Source: Actinomycetota bacterium (GTDB taxonomy: Bacteria > Actinomycetota > UBA4738 > HRBIN12). Taken from it: DNA of 64,000 nt. Within the stretch, counting starts at the first letter, position 1. Each line of letters opens with the position of its first letter. The stretch lies in contig DASSJM010000061.1 of NCBI GenBank assembly GCA_035691205.1, positions 15,932 through 79,931 of the forward strand, read 5' to 3'. The notes beneath the pieces were generated by a model. The model saw only the letters and a program-made list of their open reading frames with translations. It searched no databases and was not told the origin of the DNA. Below, piece after piece: positions 61,092 to 64,000 of this stretch. The position numbers were made by a program, and so were the translations under genes.

Positions 61092-61823
61092 GTGCAACGA
61101 TCCACGCTCGGCGTCGGCTCGGCCCTTCGGAGCGTGCGTGAGGGCCTGGGGCTGACGCTCGAGGAGGCGGCGCGCGACACGCGGGTCCGTCACGAGTTCC
61201 TGGAGGCGTTGGAGGCCGAGGAGTGGGACCGTCTCCTCGGCGACGTCCACGTGCGCGGATGCCTGCGCACGTACGCGACCTACCTGCGCCTGTCGCCCGA
61301 CAAGGTGGTCGCCGCGTACGAGACCGAGAACCCCTCCGAGCCGACCCTTTCGACCGCGACGCCCCCGCCGGGACGGACCGAACCGGCCCTGGGGCGGCCC
61401 CGCCGGCGCGACGACCACCGACTCTTCATCCTGGTCGCGGCCACGCTCCTGGTCCTGGCCGGGGCCTTCGGCGTCCTCTCGGCGCGGCGCCCGGCACCCC
61501 AACCCGCTGACCTCCCTGCGGAGGCGAGCACCGTCACTCCGGAGGCCGTCGCCGTCGCCAGGGGTCTGACGGTGACGGTCGTGGCGCGACGGCCGGTCGA
61601 GGTCACGATCATCGCCGACTCGGGCGAGCCGCAGGAGTTCGCGCTGCGATCCGACGAGGGGCGCTCCTTCGAGGCCGATGCCTCGATCACCGTTCGGCTG
61701 GCCGAGGGCTCGAGCGCGCGCGTGACCGTGAACGGGGTGGACAAGGGCTACCCGGGTGAGGCCGGCGCCGCATGGGAGGAGACCTTCAGCTACGGGGACC
61801 CCTCGCCCACGCCCGGAGGCTAG
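61092..61823 (+). CDS. Helix-turn-helix (XRE-like) membrane protein with C-terminal DUF4115 (RodZ-like)
   Basis: HTH region ([23 protein letters not shown]), a single TM helix and a C-terminal beta-rich domain. The GTG start follows GAGAGGGG. Confidence 0.6.
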   Translation: MQRSTLGVGSALRSVREGLGLTLEEAARDTRVRHEFLEALEAEEWDRLLGDVHVRGCLRTYATYLRLSPDKVVAAYETENPSEPTLSTATPPPGRTEPALGRPRRRDDHRLFILVAATLLVLAGAFGVLSARRPAPQPADLPAEASTVTPEAVAVARGLTVTVVARRPVEVTIIADSGEPQEFALRSDEGRSFEADASITVRLAEGSSARVTVNGVDKGYPGEAGAAWEETFSYGDPSPTPGG

Positions 61824-61831
61824 ATCCCCGG

Positions 61832-63079
61832 ATGCGCGCCGAGATCGTCGCCGTGGGCACCGAGCTGCTGCTCGGGCAGATCGCGAACACGAACGCCCAG
61901 TGGATCTCGGAGCGGCTCGCCCGGATCGGCGTCGACGTCCTGCACCATCAGGCGGTCGGCGACAACCACGAGCGGGTGGTCGAGGCGATCACCCTCGCTG
62001 CGTCGCGGAGCGACGTCGTGATCGTGAGCGGTGGGCTCGGTCCCACCCAGGACGACCTCACGCGCCCGGCGCTCGCCGAGGCGGCCGGCGTGCCGCTGGT
62101 GCGCGTCCCCGAGATCGTGGACGCCCTGCGCGAACGGTTCCGCATCCGAGGACGCGAGATGCCGGAGTCCAACCTCGGGCAGGCCGACGTCCCGGAGGCG
62201 GGCCGGTACATCGCCCCCGAGCGCGGCACGGCCCCGGGGCTGGTCGTGCGGATCGCCGGCGCGACCGTGTACGCGCTCCCGGGCGTGCCCGCCGAGATGC
62301 GCGAGATGATGGAAGGAACCGTCCTTCCTGAGGTCGGATCCCTTGCGGGTCCGTCGTCCCTCGTGTCGCGCACGCTCCGCTGCTACGGGCTGGCCGAGTC
62401 CCGGATCTCCGAGCTCCTCGAGGACCTCTACTACGGTTCCACCAACCCCACGGTCGCCTACCTCGCCGGCGGGGGAGAGGTGCAGGTCCGCCTGACGGCG
62501 AAGGCGCAGACCCGCGAGGAGGCGGAGGCGCTGGTGGCCCCGCTCGAGTCCGAGGTCCTCGCGCGGCTGGGCGATCACGTCTACGGGGCCGGAGACGAGG
62601 GACTGGAGGTGATCGTGGTCCGTGCGCTCGTCGAACGGGGGCTCACCCTCGCCGCTGCCGAATCGCTCACCGGGGGTGGCTTCTCCGAGCGGATCACCGC
62701 GGTCCCCGGCGCATCGCAGACCCTGCTGGGTGCGGCCGTGACCTACTCGGCGCGATCCAAGCGCGAGGTCCTGGGCGTCTCGGCCGAGACGTTGGAACGC
62801 GAGGGCCCGGTGAGCCAGGCGTGCGCCCTCGAGATGGCGGCCGGCGCTCGACGGGTGTTCGGAGCGGACCTCGGCGTCGCCCTCACCGGGGCCGCCGGTC
62901 CCGAACCCCACGGAGGCGCCGAGCCCGGTCAGGTGTGGGTCGCGCTCGATACCGAGGCCGCGCGGCACCCGGTCGGATTCCGGTGGCCGGGCGACCGGGC
63001 GCTGGTCCGGCGGTTCGCCGAGCAGGCGGCGCTCGACCTCGTGCGCCGCCACCTGCTCGGCCTTCCGCTCCCGGGCTGA
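61832..63079 (+). CDS. cinA: Competence/damage-inducible protein CinA (MoCF-binding and CinA C-terminal domains)
   Basis: N-terminal MRAEIVAVGTELLLGQIANTN and a C-terminal NMN-deamidase-like domain (ESLTGG). Confidence 0.85.
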   Translation: MRAEIVAVGTELLLGQIANTNAQWISERLARIGVDVLHHQAVGDNHERVVEAITLAASRSDVVIVSGGLGPTQDDLTRPALAEAAGVPLVRVPEIVDALRERFRIRGREMPESNLGQADVPEAGRYIAPERGTAPGLVVRIAGATVYALPGVPAEMREMMEGTVLPEVGSLAGPSSLVSRTLRCYGLAESRISELLEDLYYGSTNPTVAYLAGGGEVQVRLTAKAQTREEAEALVAPLESEVLARLGDHVYGAGDEGLEVIVVRALVERGLTLAAAESLTGGGFSERITAVPGASQTLLGAAVTYSARSKREVLGVSAETLEREGPVSQACALEMAAGARRVFGADLGVALTGAAGPEPHGGAEPGQVWVALDTEAARHPVGFRWPGDRALVRRFAEQAALDLVRRHLLGLPLPG

Positions 63080-63663
63080 TGGCGCGGGACCGGGCCTCCC
63101 GCCCCGAGGCGAAGCCGCTGAGGCTGTTCGTGGCCGTGGACGTCCCCGAGCCGATCCTCGAGGCCGTCCGCGATGCCGTCCAGCCCCTCCGCGAGCGCTT
63201 CCCGAGGGCAAGGTGGGTCCCGACGGCGAACCAGCACCTCACGCTGAAGTTCCTCGGCGGCACGTACCCGCGACTGGTCGAATGGGTGACGACGAGCGTG
63301 CGCGCGGTCGCCGCGGCCCACGAGCCGTTCGAGGCCGCCGTGGGAGGCCTCGGCGCGTTCCCGAACGGCCGCCGCGCGCGGGTGCTGTGGGCGGGGCTGG
63401 ACGATCCCGGGTCCAGGTTCGGCCGCCTCGCGGCGGGCCTCGACGATGCGCTCGCTCGGGAGTTCGACCCGGAGAAGCGGCCCTTCACCCCCCATCTCAC
63501 GGTGGCGCGGTTCGACCCGACGGTCGACGTGGGGGACCTGCCGGGGGCCCTCGGCCTGGGGCGAGAGCGGTTCTCGGTCGATCGCCTCGTCCTGTATCGG
63601 AGCCACCTGCGTCGGCCGGCCCCGGTCTACGAGGTCCTGGAGACGTTCCCGCTCGGTCCTTGA
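63079..63663 (+). CDS. thpR: RNA 2',3'-cyclic phosphodiesterase ThpR (2H / LigT family)
   Basis: Two H-x-T-x motifs (HLTLKF, HLTVAR). The start overlaps the cinA stop (TGATG). Confidence 0.8.
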   Translation: MARDRASRPEAKPLRLFVAVDVPEPILEAVRDAVQPLRERFPRARWVPTANQHLTLKFLGGTYPRLVEWVTTSVRAVAAAHEPFEAAVGGLGAFPNGRRARVLWAGLDDPGSRFGRLAAGLDDALAREFDPEKRPFTPHLTVARFDPTVDVGDLPGALGLGRERFSVDRLVLYRSHLRRPAPVYEVLETFPLGP

Positions 63664-63665
63664 CC

Positions 63666-63681
63666 TCGAACACCTGTTCGA
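63666..63681 (+). promoter_or_regulatory. LexA/SOS box upstream of recA
   Basis: The palindrome TCGAACACCTGTTCGA matches the actinobacterial LexA consensus TCGAAC-N4-GTTCGA. Confidence 0.7.
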
Positions 63682-63821
63682 GTACGGTCCTGCACGGTTG
63701 CAGGTCGGTAACTACAGGGGTGTAATCCATGTCAGAGCCTCGCGGTAGCGTTCGCCCGGTCGACGGGGAGGAGCTCACGCGGGCGGTGGCTCGGTGGGCG
63801 AGGGGACAGGAGGCTTCGCGG

Positions 63822-64000
63822 ATGGATCGGGACAAGATGCTCGAGGTCGCGCTGACGCAGATCGAGAAGCAGTACGGCAAGGGCGCCGTGATGAAGCTCG
63901 GCGAGCACCCGATGGGCGCGGGCATCGGCGTGATCCCGACGGGGTCGCTCGCGCTGGACATCGCGCTCGGTGTTGGCGGGATCCCGCGGGGTCGCATCGT
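63822..64000 (+). CDS. recA: Recombinase RecA (5' partial; continues beyond the window end)
   Basis: N-terminus ([27 protein letters not shown]...[22 protein letters not shown]). The ATG at 63822 follows GGAGG. The in-frame upstream ATG at 63729 has poor third-position GC bias, so I treated it as leader. Confidence 0.8.
   Translation, partial: MDRDKMLEVALTQIEKQYGKGAVMKLGEHPMGAGIGVIPTGSLALDIALGVGGIPRGRI

Noticed and set aside
63729-63821. N-terminal 31-aa extension of RecA from an upstream in-frame ATG
   Set aside because: Third-position GC bias is poor compared with the rest of the gene. A strong GGAGG precedes the downstream ATG, which aligns with canonical RecA N-termini.

Overview
This is a high-GC (roughly 70%+) actinobacterial chromosomal core segment, densely packed with housekeeping genes in the gene order typical of Streptomyces and Mycobacterium. 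In order: a DUF2469 protein, yraN, comM (the YifB-type Mg-chelatase-like ATPase), dprA, xerC with a translationally coupled WhiG/FliA-type sigma factor, an M23 peptidase, rpsB-tsf-pyrH-frr-cdsA-dxr-rseP, ispG, proS, rimP-nusA-ylxR-infB-DUF503-rbfA-nrnA-truB, ribF, rpsO-pnp-pepR-dapB, dapA-rnj-ftsK, cinA-thpR and the 5' end of recA with a LexA box. I found no rRNA or tRNA genes, no CRISPR array and no mobile element. Many adjacent genes overlap by four bases (GTGA, ATGA or TGATG), and alternative start codons (GTG, TTG) are common. Interleaved with the core genes are lineage-specific inserts: a two-component system plus yjbQ between rseP and ispG; a secreted S8 peptidase; a trpE/trpG-like pair; a large secreted protein of unknown function; a flippase-like membrane protein; and a Ser/Thr kinase with an extracellular P-domain next to a CapA-like protein. 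The most unusual locus is a three-gene minus-strand operon at 37933-40880. It encodes a membrane protein that fuses a degenerate PAP2 domain (its catalytic His residues appear lost) to an ePK/Kdo-like kinase domain, a Cys-rich lipoprotein, and an intact PAP2 phosphatase. A polyphosphate kinase 2 gene lies divergently upstream and a flippase-like membrane protein gene lies just downstream, which suggests an undescribed envelope lipid-phosphate module. All functional calls rest on sequence motifs I recognise in the translations. I ran no database search.
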